Positions 11,070 through 23,785 of a DNA stretch of 64,000 nucleotides are shown here, one piece after another. The notes below the pieces were generated by a model. It was not told where the DNA came from. It searched no databases and saw nothing but the letters and a program-made list of their open reading frames with translations. The position numbers were made by a program, and so were the translations under genes. The stretch is taken from the NCBI RefSeq assembly GCF_006345805.1, contig NC_043025.1:16616001-16680000 (forward strand). The letters run 5' to 3'. The DNA is from Octopus sinensis. Taxonomy: Eukaryota. The stretch's first letter is position 1. The number at the start of each line of letters is the position of its first letter.

Positions 11070-11290
11070 CGATAGGAAAGTCATTAAAACCACACCAACA
11101 TGGTAAATGGTCATTAAATGATGATGATGATTGATTGATTAATTGATTGATACATATATACATATACACACATACATACACACACACATACATACATACA
11201 CACATACACACATACATACATACATACATACATGCACGCATACACGCATACATACACACACACACACACAGACATACACATACACTCTTT
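10905..11290. repeat. (AT)n / (CATA)n / (CA)n compound microsatellite
   Basis: Direct reading. It also includes an inverted copy (11065-11130) of the 10503-10570 segment. Confidence 0.9.
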
Positions 11291-12164
11291 CTGACCTTAT
11301 TTATGATATCCTGGAGATAAAAACCAAGACATACAATAAAATAATAAAAGTCAATCACTCCACAATTTGTACATCTTCTGTTGCCAGACTCCAATCCACC
11401 TACAAACCAACTGTGCAGCCACATGTGTCTATTACAGATCAAAATATATTGATTAGGATTAAGGGTTAATTAAATTTATTAATTAAGTCTTAGTTGTGTG
11501 AACTTACATCGTAAAGACAGCTATGAGAGAAGAGAAGTCAATTAAAAGTTTGAGAAGAAATATGGAAATACTGAATGTTTTGCTCCTCAACCACATGGTT
11601 CCAGGTTCAGTCCCACTGCATGGTACCTTCTACTATAACCGCGGGCCGACCAAAGCTTTGTGAGTAGATTTGGTAGGTGGAAACTGAAACCTGTCATTTA
11701 TATCATTATCATCGTTTAGCATCCACTTGTATGAATGGGACAGGTGGGATTTACTGAGGCAGATTTTCTATGGCTGGATGCCCTTCTTGTCACCAACCCT
11801 CACCTGTATCCAACCAAGGTAACATTTCCCCTTGGCCAAAGATGGCCATCACTGAAGATTGGAAACGGACAACATGGCTTCAAAGGATAAATAAACACGC
11901 CGCTCATTTACAACCATCACAATTTCACAAGGACAGACACACACACCCACACACATGTACACAAGGAGCTTCTTTCAGTTTCCATCTACCAAATCCACTC
12001 ACAAGGCTTTGGTTAGCCCAAGGCTATAGTAGAAGACATTCGTCCAAGGTGCCACGCAGTGGGACTGATCCCAGAACCATGTGGTTGGGAAGCAAGTTTC
12101 TTAACATTACATGAATGTGTGTGTTTGTATTACTGAAGCTGCATAGCTTCATCATCACCATTGT

Positions 12165-12535
12165 TCGACCATGGTCGAGACAATGGAATTTACCATGCTA
12201 CGCCAGACTTCACGGTCCATCATGGCATTACGGAGGTCCTGTTGCTGGATGCCTGTATCCCTGGAGATTGCACCAGGGTAGGAGAGTGTGCGCCCTCTGG
12301 TATTGCGAGTAGATGGCAGAGGAGAAGAGTAGAAATTACCTCTTTTTCAGCTCTACAACAATGTCCAGCAAACTGGACTCTCCTACCTTTCACAAGAGAT
12401 GACACAGGTGGTAGTTTCCCATATATTTGCATTTTGGTTGGATGGTGCTTCCACGAGAGATTTTGAGCTCTCATAAGGAGGCGAGTGTAGGTTCCATCCA
12501 ACCACCTCTCAAGCTTCTTTGATAACGTCCAGGTT
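12165..12535 (-). mobile_element. RTE-like LINE C-terminal fragment with 3' end
   Basis: ORF reads DGTYTRLLMRAQNLSWKHHPTKMQIYGKLPPVSSLVKGRRVQFAGHC, the RTE-type R..L.I.W...ITN...RRL.FAGH region, followed by a short (GAT) tail. Confidence 0.75.
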
Positions 12536-13165
12536 TCTGAGCCTTAGTGGTTAGGGCATTCGGCTGATGATTGTAAGGTTGTGAGTTCAATCCCTGGTGA
12601 CGTGTTGTGTTCTTGAGCAAGACACTTTATTTCCTGTTGCACCAAGACCATTCAGCTGGCAAAAATGAGTTGTACCAGTAATTCAAATGGGGCCAGCCTT
12701 GTCACATTCTGTGTCACACTGAATCATCATCATCGTTTAACGTCTGCTTTCCATGCTAGCATGGGTTGGACGGTTCGACTGGGGATCTGGGAAGCCAGAA
12801 GGCTGCACCAGGCTCCAGTCTGATCTGGCAGTGTTTCTATGGCTGGATGCCCTTCCTAACGCCAACCACTATTGTGAGTGTAGTGGGTGCTTTTTACGTG
12901 CCACCGACATGGAAGCCAGTCGATCTCCTTGAGAATTACATTAAGGGTATGTGTGTCTGTGGAGTACTCAGCCACTTGCACGTTAATTTCATGAGCAAGC
13001 TGTTCCGTTGATTGGATCAACCGGGACCCTCATCATCGTAACCAATGGAATGTCAGTGTTAGTGTCTCCCTGCCTTGACTTTTGAGTGAGAGCCATAAAA
13101 TTCCACCATCAATGATTGGATATTAAAAACAACGTTGATGGGAAACAAATACGAGCAAAGTAGGC

Positions 13166-13535
13166 ACAGGAGTGGCTGTGTGGTAAGTAGCTTGCTTATG
13201 AAGCACATGGTTCCGGGTTCAGTTCTACTGCGTGGCACCTTGGGCAAGTGTCTTCTACTATAGCCTTGGGCTGACCAAAGCCTTCTGAGTGGATTTGGTA
13301 GACGGAAACTGAAAGAAGCCCGTTGTATATATGTATATATGTATATGTATGTGTATGTTTGTGTGTCTGTGTTTGTCCCCCTAGCATTGCTTGACAACCG
13401 ATGCTGGTGTGTTTACGTCCCCGTCACTTAGCGGTTCGGCAAAAGAGACCGATAGAATAAGTACTGGGCTTACAAAAGAATAAGTCCCGGGGTCGAGTTG
13501 CTCGATTAAAGGCGATGCTCCAGCATGGCCGCAAA
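13166..13535 (+). mobile_element. tRNA-SINE family A, full length
   Basis: tRNA-like head, ggcaccttgggcaagtgtcttctactatagcc body, internal (AT/GT)n spacer, and 3' gctccagcatggccgc. Confidence 0.92.
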
Positions 13536-14045
13536 TAAAAAAAACGAAAAAAAAGTAGTTTAACATGTGGAGTCATTAACATTTGCCCCAATCTAGCAAC
13601 AACAACAAACAGAAACAGAGATGAATGACCAATCCTCCATTAGAGCTTATCTCTCAACAAATAGATAAACACTTTTAGAGATAAATCAGAACATTTTAGG
13701 TCAGAGTCGCAACAATTAAATAATATCACCATCGTCGTTGTTGTTTAACATCCACTTTTCCATGGCTTGCATGGATCCAACAGGATTTGTTGGAAGATTC
13801 ACTATGACTGGGTGCTCTTCCTATCACCAACTCGGATGGATTACAATGGGATTGCTCACCCTAAGTAACCCTAGGTGATCCTTACAACTCAATGCAGCTA
13901 GCCAGAACCGGGATTATAACTGCTGGTGCCATGTGAAAAGCACTCGGTCCACTCTGCAGGGTGGATTGGTGTTAGGAAGGACACACCAGCATGGAAGGCA
14001 GACATTAAGCAGTGATGGCCTCACTCTAAATAAAAGTATATATTT

Positions 14046-14335
14046 CTTTACTGCCCACAAGGAGCTAAATACAGAGAGGACAAACAAGGACAGACAAAGG
14101 GATTAAGTCAATTACATCGACCACAGAGCGAAACTGGTACTTTATTTATCAACCCCGAAAGGATGAAAGGCAAAGTTGACCTAGTTCAAATTCCGCTGAG
14201 GTCAACTTTGCCTTTCATCCTTTCAGAGTCGATAAATTAAGTACCAGTTACGCACTGGGGTCGATGTAATCGACTTAATCCCTTTGTCTGTCCTTGTTTG
14301 TCCTCTCTGTGCTTAGCCCCTTGTGGGCAGTAAAG
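14046..14335. mobile_element. Head-to-head pair of family-B SINE 3' halves forming a ~137-bp-arm hairpin with a 16-nt loop
   Basis: Left arm ctttactgcccacaagg...ggcaaagttgacct (to 14182), loop agttcaaattccgctg, right arm aggtcaactttgcc...ccttgtgggcagtaaag (14199-14335). Confidence 0.92.
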
Positions 14336-14679
14336 AGTGAGGCCATGCTGGGACGCCACCTTAGAGGCATGTCAAACAAATCACGCACCCCTACCTATTT
14401 TTTAAAGCTTGGTACCTATTCTTTCAGTCTCTTATACCAAACCATTAAGTTAGAGGAACACAAACAAACCAACATCGCTAGTCAGTGGTAGATAAACACT
14501 AGCACAAAGACAATTGCATGCGTGCATGATGTGCTTCTTTCAGTTTCAAGGCTTTTGCCAGCCCGGGTCCACAGTAGAAAACATGCGCAAAATGCCATGC
14601 AGTGATATTGAACCAGGAACCACATGGCTAAGAAGTACACTTCTTACACAAAGCAAACGTCTATACGTATTATATATAT

Positions 14680-14912
14680 TTCTTTACTACCCACAAGGGG
14701 CTAAACACAGAGGGGGACAAACAAGGACAGACAAACGGATTAAGTCGATTATATATCGACCCCAGTGCATAACTGGTACCTAATTTATCGACCCTGAAAG
14801 GATGAAAGGCAAAGTTGACCTTGGCGGAATTTGAACCCAGAACGTAACGACAGACGAAATACGGCTACGCATTTCACCCGGCATGCTAACGTTTCTGCCA
14901 GCTCGCCGCCTA
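14680..14912 (-). mobile_element. tRNA-SINE family B, full length
   Basis: Ends ...ttctgccagctcgccgcc, the reverse of the ggcggcgagctggcagaa head; the core is intact. Confidence 0.92.
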
Positions 14913-15288
14913 TACATATTATATGTGTATTAAGTATGCAAGACAGGTATTATATATGCGTAGAATGAAATTATATATTCTGCACTTTATTGCGTTCTAT
15001 TATGCACCTGACATCCCAATCTGTGGAAAAATTTGTCTTGCGTGGGCTGGTCTTTGATGCAAACAGGAATGCTTGGTGACAGCTGCTTTAGAGCACAGAT
15101 CTGTGTCATCAGGCTTCACCTGGAGCCAAACAATATCAACGGCAATAATTTTAATCAATTATTCGCATATTAAATTTAGAAGAGCAGTGTTTAAAACGAA
15201 GTCAGGGCAGTGGTAAAAGAATGGGTGTTTTTAAAAATCAGCAACTTTCAGCAAAACATTGTGTTTGCGCGAATGTGTCTTCTTTTTG

Positions 15289-15497
15289 CTTTTTCTTTTT
15301 ACGTGTTTCAGTCATTTGACTGCGGCCATGCTGGAGCACCGCCTTTAATCGAGCAACTTGACCCCAGGACTTATTCTTTTGTAAGCCCAGTACTTATTCT
15401 TATCGGTCTCTTTTGCTGAACCGCTAAGTAACGGGGACATAAACATACCACCATCGGTTGTCAAGCAATGCTAGGGGGACAAACACAGACACACACA

Positions 15498-15549
<52 letters not shown>

Positions 15550-15693
15550 ATATACATATACACGACGGGCTTCTTTCAGTTTCCGTCTACCAAATCCACT
15601 CACAAGGCTTTGGTCGGCCCACGCAGTGGGACTGAACCCGGAACCATGTGGTTGGTAAACAAGCTACTTACCACACAGCCACTCCTGCGCCTA
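15289..15693 (-). mobile_element. tRNA-SINE family A, full length
   Basis: Complete reverse complement of the family-A consensus, ending cacagccactcctgcgcc. Confidence 0.92.
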
Positions 15694-15794
15694 TACTGTG
15701 TATTAATTTTTACCTTAATTAGTTTTTACATGCTTAGCTACTTTGTAAAACCCTATAGAGATTTTATCCTTGATTTTAATTGATAGATACTCTT

Positions 15795-16090
15795 TTACTT
15801 GTTTCAGCCATTTGACTGTGGCCATGCTGGAGCACTGCCTTTAGTCGAGCAAATCGACCCCAGGATTTATTTTGGTACTTATTCTCTGGGTCTCTTGTGC
15901 CGAAAGGTTAGGTTACGGGAATGTAAACACACCAGCTTCTTTCGGTTTCCATCTACCAAAACCACTCACAAGGCTTTGGTCGGCCCGTGGCTATAGCAGA
16001 AGACACTTGCCCAAGGTGCCAAGCAGTGGGAGTGAACCCAGAACCACGAGGTTGGTAAGCAAGCTACTTACCACACATCCATGCCTGCAC
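15795..16090 (-). mobile_element. tRNA-SINE family A, internally deleted
   Basis: Tail cttttacttgtttcagccatttgactg and head caagctacttaccacac both present; the (AT)n spacer is missing. Confidence 0.85.
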
Positions 16091-16236
16091 CTGGTCTGTG
16101 GCCCAGCTGGGCCACAGTGTGGAGGAGTTTAATCCAGCAGTTCTTAACCATTATTTTTCCTATGAACCCTTTTTGATTTTCCTTTTATTCTAACGAATCT
16201 CCCAAACCATTCAATGTTTATATATATATATATACA

Positions 16237-16625
16237 CGCAGGAGTGGCTGTGTGGTAAATAGCTTGTTTACCAACCACATGGTTCCGGGTTCAGTCCCAC
16301 TGCGTGGCACCTTGGGCAAGTGTCTTCTACTATAGCCCCGACCGATGCTTTGTGAGTGGATTTGGTAGACGGAAACTGAAAGAAGCCCGTCGTATATATG
16401 TATATATATATATGTGCGTGTATGTTTGTCGCCCTAGCATTGCTTGACAACCGATGGTGTGTTTATGTCCCCATCACTTAGCGGTTCGGCAAAAGAGACC
16501 GATAGAATAAGTACTGGGCTTACAAAGAATAAGTCCCAGGGTCAAGTTGCTCGATTAAAGGCGGTGCTCCAGCATGGCCACAGTCAAAATGACTGAAACA
16601 AGTAAAAAGAAAGAAAAAGAAAAAG
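16237..16625 (+). mobile_element. tRNA-SINE family A, full length
   Basis: Runs from the gcaggagtggctgtgtggtaa head to the tail aaatgactgaaacaagtaaaaaga. Confidence 0.92.
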
Positions 16626-16681
16626 AAATATAAAAAGAATCCTGCTGTATTTTTATAATGAAATATTATTGGGAATTGAAA

Positions 16682-16880
16682 GCAGCGGGCTTGCAGAAAC
16701 GTTAGCGAAATGCTTAGCGGTATTTCGTCTGTCTTTATGTTCTGAGTTCAAATTCTGCGAAGGTTGACTTTGCCTTTCAGCCTTTGGGGGGAGGGGGTGA
16801 CTAATTAAGTAACAGTTGCGTACTGGGGTCGATCTAATCGGCTGGCCCCCTCCCCCAAAATTTCGAGCCTGTGCCTAGAA
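16682..16880 (+). mobile_element. tRNA-SINE family B variant
   Basis: gcgggcttgcagaaacgttagc...ttctgagttcaaattctg...gactttgcctttcagcctttgggg...gtactggggtcgatctaat. Confidence 0.85.
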
Positions 16881-18662
16881 TAGAATAGAATATTATTGGG
16901 AATTGTATTAAAGAAATATTTGATATTTAGTGTATTATAGGTGTCTAAGCAATTTATTGCAGATAATTTTTAGCAACAAAATCTTATATGGACCCCCAAG
17001 AGTCGGATTAATTTCAGTTGAAAATCACTAGTTTAATCGAAAACCGACCCAAGTTCATATTATTCTAAAACCTGGTAAATATTCTATCGGGGACATAAAC
17101 GAACCAACACCGGTTGTCAAGCTGTTGCGAGGACCGAAGACACCTACACACACACATACATGCATATATCGCACCATCATACACACACAACATCAACACG
17201 TGGTTATTATTTTACTTTATGGTCCCGAGTGGGAAAGTAAAAGGTTGACTTTGGCGGGTTTTGAACTCGTGACTGCAAACAGTCGGAACAATAAGCTGGG
17301 GATTCCGGCTCACAACCAATTCCACGCCCTCTTTTTTTATCAACCTCTGAAAATAGGACTTAGGACTTACCTACTTAACAGTTTTACGATAGCTCAGCCT
17401 TACCACACGGGGGGAGGACAACGGCCTCGGGGAGAAGCGAAATTAAAATATTAAAAAATTGAAAATTTTAGGGGAAAACCTGTTGTAATGAAACAGGAAC
17501 TATAAGAAATTAAGGAGAAGATCCCCTGAATCGTTGCTTCTAACTTTTTTATTAATTTTATTTTGCAACAGTTGCGAATTGAATAAAAACTGAGGAAAAA
17601 AAATCTCTTGTAAAATCCACGTTTTAAAATTAAATAACATTAACTAATTATTGTTTTGGATTCAAGACTGGAACAATTTTTGGCAAGTGTGTCCTCTTTT
17701 CCACTTTGTTTCCTCGGAACTTTCAAAAGAGTGAGTGTAGGTTATTAATGTATCAGAATTTAAAGTTAAAAAAACATCGGCGATCGCACTCGATACTTGA
17801 CTCTACAAAATGAAAGTGGAAATATTGAAAATAAAAAAGTGGTGTGTCAGTGTGTGTGTGTGTGTGTGTGCGCTCACTCAATTTTTGTTTTCACTTGAAA
17901 TTCCGATATTATCATAATCTACACCTGAAAGGTATTTGTCGAAAATTTCATTGAAAAAATTTTTTTTTTAAAGTTATGAGGAAACAAAGTCGGTAGGGAT
18001 ATGCCTCATTTTTTTTTTTTTTATCATATATGTTCTGAAAATTGGTTAGCGGACGATTTCACATTTAAATGACAGAAAACCCGGCTTTCAACGGAAAAAA
18101 ACTTGGACAGGATTCGAACCTGAATTGTCAAGGGAGCTAACTGAGGAAGTAACCTAAATAAAAATGGAAATTTTTTGACTAAAGAAAAAGAAATAAAACA
18201 TTTATTTTTAATTGAGACGAGAAAAGTTTAGGGTTAGCGCATAAAATAAAAGGATCAAGGTGTCTGGACAGGTTCTACAGTCTTGTTTATCGATACAGCC
18301 GACTGAAACCGGAAGAAATGGCTATGAATGCGATGAGTATTTTCTACAAAGCTGCACAAAACCCCATTTTAGGGGGATTTTTCTCTTATTTCCTTCATCG
18401 TTGAAACAAATCTTACCAAAAATAATTGTCCACCCACCATGTCTAGTATTTTGTGTGGCACTCTAGCGATTATAAAAGCCATACTTAATAAACGGACGAT
18501 AGAAGGAAACTCGGTTAATGAGAGACACGTGAAAGATTTGAACTCGAAAAGTCCAAGGCAGAAACGAAATCCCAGGTCACAGTCAACCCATCACGGCCCC
18601 GTTTCGAGACGAGGACGACGGTTCGTTAATTAATTAAATAAAAATAGATGTTTCTATCTTAC

Positions 18663-19155
18663 CTGCGATGGTATATCTGTCCATATAGTTGAGAAGATTG
18701 ATGGCAAATAGGATCCCGACGGAAACGTAGGCCCTCCGCGAGTTGATCGGAGTCGAAGAGAGCACCTGCACGGTGGGGTTGGTGGCATCGCTCTCGAAGC
18801 TGCGACCCTCGTCCGAATCGACGATCGGGGCCGTGTCCGAAGCATCGTTGATCGGTTCCGGCGCCGAAATCGTTTGTCCTTCGACTGAGACGTAAGGCAA
18901 GATGGTGTTGATACTCGGGTTGGGGTTGCTATCGCTGCTGCCGCCTCCTCCGGCAGATGAGGAGAACATAGCTTGAAGACGATGACGACGACGTGGTGAT
19001 CGATGGTGTTGTGATTGCGATTGTTGGCCAGTGCCGGCGGTGGTGGTGGTCGTGGATAGGATGTCGTTCAATGGTACTGTATCGTCAAAGGGAGCATCCA
19101 ACACCGACAACGACTGATTCACCCCTCTCTCTCCCCTTCCTCCTCCTCCCTTCAT
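18663..19155 (-). CDS. spin: Spinster/SPNS1-like lysosomal MFS transporter, coding exon 1 (low-complexity N-tail plus TM1)
   Basis: ATG at 19155-19153. The translation ends ...VGILFAINLLNYMDRYTIAG, the Spinster TM1 signature (LLNYMDRxTxAG). A phase-1 donor G|GTAAG follows at 18662. The exon is GC/CpG-rich against an AT-rich background. Confidence 0.93.
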
Positions 19156-19159
19156 GGGC

Positions 19160-19360
19160 AGAGTTCAACAGCGACGACTACGACGACAATTAGTATTGTT
19201 TTTATTATTATTATTACTACTACTACTACTACTAATACATATGTTTTTTGTGGTGGTGGTGGTGGAGAACATCACGTGGAGGGAGGAGTATGTGGAGTAA
19301 GTATTGAATGAGAGGAGGAGCGGGAGGAAGAAAAACAGAGAGAGGAGGAGGGAAGATAAC
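19160..19360 (-). promoter_or_regulatory. Putative 5'UTR/proximal promoter of the spinster gene with an E-box (TCACGTG at 19272-19278)
   Basis: Lies immediately upstream of the ATG and next to the CpG-rich exon 1. Contains ATCACGTGG. The TSS cannot be determined from sequence. Confidence 0.4.
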
Positions 19361-19604
19361 CAATATATAATTTATATTGATAATAATAAATATATATCTA
19401 TGTATGTGTGTATATAAATATATATATGTGTGTGTGTGTATACATTTGTGTATGTGTAGAGACTGGACAGAGGGAGGGAGGAAAGAGAAAGACGATGGAT
19501 GGAGTTATAGAATTCGAGAAAGCAAAAAGAAAAAAAAACAGTTATAAATGACTCAGAAATTAATCACGCACCCTTAAATGCATATACACACATACACGTG
19601 TGTT

Positions 19605-19639
<35 letters not shown>

Positions 19640-19670
19640 TTTATGCTTGTATATATGCTTTAGAACAAAA

Positions 19671-19704
<34 letters not shown>

Positions 19705-19715
19705 ATATAATGAGT

Positions 19716-19757
<42 letters not shown>

Positions 19758-21649
19758 GCGCACCAGTGACTTATCAGTATAAGTGGTCGAAGGTGGCGAG
19801 ACAAAGAGAATCAATGGGACATTAAGATGTTACAATACACTCACACATAGATATAGATATATAAATATATATATTCAAATATACACGTTTCTATATATCC
19901 TCTAAGTGTGTATACAATCACACGCGCCCGACAAAGCGCTTATCAAAGTGCAAACTGTTAAGACTGATGAAACTTTGATATTAAAACAGATCATACGATG
20001 TAGAGATGTGTAGATAGGCATCGGTAGATGGTAGTCCTGTTCACCTTAGGACCCGTGGAGTTGTGAGGTAGGTCCAGTAGTGGGGAGGACGGGCTTGATC
20101 TCAACACATCACACCATGCCAAGCTGTTTGAATATATATATGTAGATACTATGTAATTAGGGTCCAGCAACGATTAACTTCACCATACACCGAAGCACAG
20201 AAATAGCAGTCAAAAATCTTAGCTATTCTTTCTACTTTAAAGGGAGTTCCCAGAAAAACCAAAGCAAGCTAAGATTTTTGACTGCTATATGTAGATATAT
20301 ATATATATAAAGCATACGGGTGTGTGTAGATCTACCGGACTACGTTGTAGCGCGTGGATGTTGGTTTGTGAATGAACTTTCAACTGAATTCTATGTATTT
20401 GTGATGTCTATTAACAGTGGATGTGAGTTAAATGAGAGCACTATGTCTCTTAAACGGGTGCTAAATGAGGGCACTTTGTGCGTCGATATATGCCTCAGAT
20501 GGAAGGAGAAACTCTGTTAAATGTTACCAGTGTTGTGCTGCCTAAATCGTGTTAAGTGGTTTGCTGTGTTTCATGTGAGAGGGTGTGCTTTATTTGGGTG
20601 TGGTACCTACCAAACGACGGCTTTCGTATTTTTTCCTAGGATAAAATATAATATAAAATATGTGATGTAGTTTAATATAATGCAATATTATGGTAAAATT
20701 AAAATAATACTAATTAGGAAAATTTTAAATGGTAATAAGTGTAAAAGATTATAAAATTATCAAACAGGATGTTTGTTAAAAATTCGGGATTATCTTGAAA
20801 AGAAATCTTAACGGTAAAAAAGCAGAAAAACACTTTCGGTTTTGAATTCGGTTGCTTTACATAATTCTAAACGTACTGTTGACAATAGTAATTAATTATA
20901 AATATAATTACAACGATTATATTATTAATAATGATTTAATTAGCACAAGGCTGGGAGTCTGAGGAAAGGAGGGGTTCGTTTGGATTTCGGGCACTTAATT
21001 AGATAATTTCTAACGAAATGATAATTAAAAGTGAGATAACAGAATAAAAAATTAAAAAGAGCAGGAAGAAAGGTAAATAAAATAAAAAACGATAGTACAA
21101 GAACTTGTGAAACGGCTTAATTAAGGGACGGAAACGGTGACGGTTCAATCTTCGGTGGAATCAAGGAATGTTGAGAACCATGCCAGATGTTATCCTGTTT
21201 GTGAAAACAATATATGTTGGTCATATTAAATGTCACGGACATATACAGGAGGCTGCATCAGTATAAATATATTTATATATTATAAAAAAAAACATCTACG
21301 ATCATCGTCAGGATGGTTAAGGCTCTTAAAATTATAGTTAATTATTAAATGTCAGACACCAAACATTCACATGACCTGGAAATGAATCGCACAAATCCAC
21401 GCTCGCGATCGCAATACAGCGCTCTAGTTTCGTATTCCAGGCAAATAGCAATTCGTAATACACACACACACACACACACACACACATGCATATTTCTTTT
21501 ATCTTTTACTTGTATCAGTCAGTGGACTGCGGCCATCCTGGAGCACTGCTTTGATGGGGTTTATTCAATATAGATAGACGACTGCAGTTTCACTTGGAAG
21601 ACTCGTCAAGCCAAGGGAAACCAGTCGTGACCATTGCTAGTGTCTTTTA

Positions 21650-21855
21650 AGTGGCACCCTTGCTGGTGGTACCTAAAAAGCACCCAGCAGACACTCTTGA
21701 AGGGGTTGTCATTAGGAAGGGCATCCAGTCGTAGAAACCGTACCAAATCAGACTGGAACCTGGTGCTGCTCTCCAGCTTACCAGTTCAAATCAGACCATC
21801 CAACCCATGCCAGCATGGAAAGCAGATGTTAAATGATGATGGTGATGATGATGAT

Positions 21856-21860
<5 letters not shown>
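21650..21860 (+). mobile_element. RTE 3'-end fragment
   Basis: aaaagcacccag...cattaggaagggcatccagtcgtagaaacc...gttaaatgatgatggtgatgatg tail. Confidence 0.8.
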
Positions 21861-21889
<29 letters not shown>

Positions 21890-21933
21890 GCATATATGGT
21901 TTCAAGCATCAATATTTGGCACATCTAAATTCA

Positions 21934-22322
21934 TCTCTCTATATATAATGCTGAAGTTGTCTGTGTATGGCAGGTTTAGTAGCCTTCAACTAACACTATC
22001 TCCTCCAAGACCCTGCGGCGCAAGTTGACCAAAATTGAGAGTATGATAGAAGGCTTGCTGTTCTGTCCGTAGAAGAAAAAATTCAAATCGGACCATGTTA
22101 ACACCAAAAATTATTTACATCAAAAAGGTGATTTTTTTCTATGGAAATCCCTATTTTTTACGATTTTTTGACTGCTGTGTCACCATTTTTCGGTGTATTT
22201 CAACCAGAAAAATGTTCACTTAAAGAGAATAACAAGCTACATAATGCAAAATTTTGACTTTTCAAAAATTCCAATTCTAAAGGGTCGAAACAAACCCAAG
22301 CAACACCGGGTGATACTGCTAG
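21934..22322 (+). mobile_element. Non-autonomous Helitron
   Basis: 5' a|TCTCTCTATATATA; 3' hairpin cccaagcaacaccggg then tgatactg-CTAG|T. No TSD. Same 3' end as the 3000-3304 copy. Confidence 0.75.
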
Positions 22323-23211
22323 TACAATATATTTTTTATGTGCTCCTATTAGCTTCATGTGATAAGACAGTATTTCTTAACACTTCTGTTGTCCTAGCAC
22401 AATCTTTGGGCACTGTCCACATGGCATTACCCGAAGATTGGACATCAGACATATTAAAAAATATTGCCTAGCATGCTCTTATTACATGAAACTAATAGAA
22501 GCATATCAAAAAATAATGTACTGTGTTTATTGAATAATATCTATCTCTCACCAGTTGGAATAATTGTTTTGTTGATCTTACCATCACAGAACAGAGCACT
22601 ATATATATATATATATATATCTAATGTAGGATAAAACTTTTTTCGAAAAAAATTCTTTTCCCAAAAAATTTTATCAATGGCCAGCATATTAAAAAATACC
22701 TTTAAAGGTTAAATTTATAAACAATTCATAGATAAGGGCAAACGAAAAAATTTCTAATGCCAAATATGTCGAAAAATTGGACATATTGTCCAATTACCAT
22801 ATAATTTTTTCACAATACACACGCTACTCGAAAAAAAGTTGGACAGAAATTTCTAAAAAATTCCATTATTACCATATCGGAGCGATTTCAGGGTTAGCTT
22901 ATAACTGCCCTCCCTTCGTCAGTGATACATGTGGCAAAAGGAATAAATGAGATACTTACTCATACCCATGGAAGAAGCAAACACTAAGTCATGAGCACAA
23001 TTAAGTACCCCTTATCTATGAATTGTATATATATATATATATATATATATTTCTCTCCTTTTTTCTCTCCTTGTTTTTTCTGTGTCCCTTTCTGTAGAAG
23101 AGCATAGGCTCGAAACGTAAAAGACTTTTTCTATTCCTGAGCGTTATACTAATACATCTCTTTGTTTTGTACAACACCTGTCTTCATCTTTTGTTTTTTT
23201 TCGTAAACTTT

Positions 23212-23244
<33 letters not shown>

Positions 23245-23245
<1 letters not shown>

Positions 23246-23785
23246 TCTTTACTCTTTTACTTGTTTCAGTCATTTGACTGCGGCCATGCTGGAGCACCAC
23301 CTTTAATCGAGCAACTCGTCCCCGGGACTTATTCTTTTGTAAGCCCAGTACTTATTCTATCGGTCTCTTTTGCTGAACCGCTAAGTAACGGGGACATGAA
23401 CACATCAGCATCGGTTGTCAAGCAATGCTAGAGGGACAAACACAGACACACAAACACACACATGCATATATGTGTATATATATATATATACATATATTGG
23501 CCTGCTCGCTTAGCCAGCGGGGTGGCGACATTCGAAAGCTAAAACAATGCGAACGCATTGTGACCAGCGATGTGTAACTACATCTGATGGACTGGTTGGT
23601 CACGTGATCACGTGATATACATATATATATATTTTCAGTTTCCGTCAACCAAATCCACTCACAAGGCTTTGGTCGGCCCGAGGCTATAGTAGAAGACACT
23701 TGCCCAAGGTGCCACACAGTGGGACTGAACCCGGAACCATGTGGTTGGTAAACAAGCTACTTACCACACAGCCACTCCTGCGCCA
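23245..23785 (-). mobile_element. tRNA-SINE family A with a 3' fragment of SINE family D (23498-23617, +) inserted in its (AT)n spacer
   Basis: Family-A tail and head both present. The insert ggcctgctcgcttagccagc...ggtcacgtgatcacgtgat matches 33120-33245. Confidence 0.85.

Noticed and set aside
20320-20640. Divergent gene or exon upstream of spinster (bidirectional promoter)
   Set aside because: Only a 66-aa GTG-start ORF with no recognisable homology or convincing splice pair; not supportable from sequence alone.
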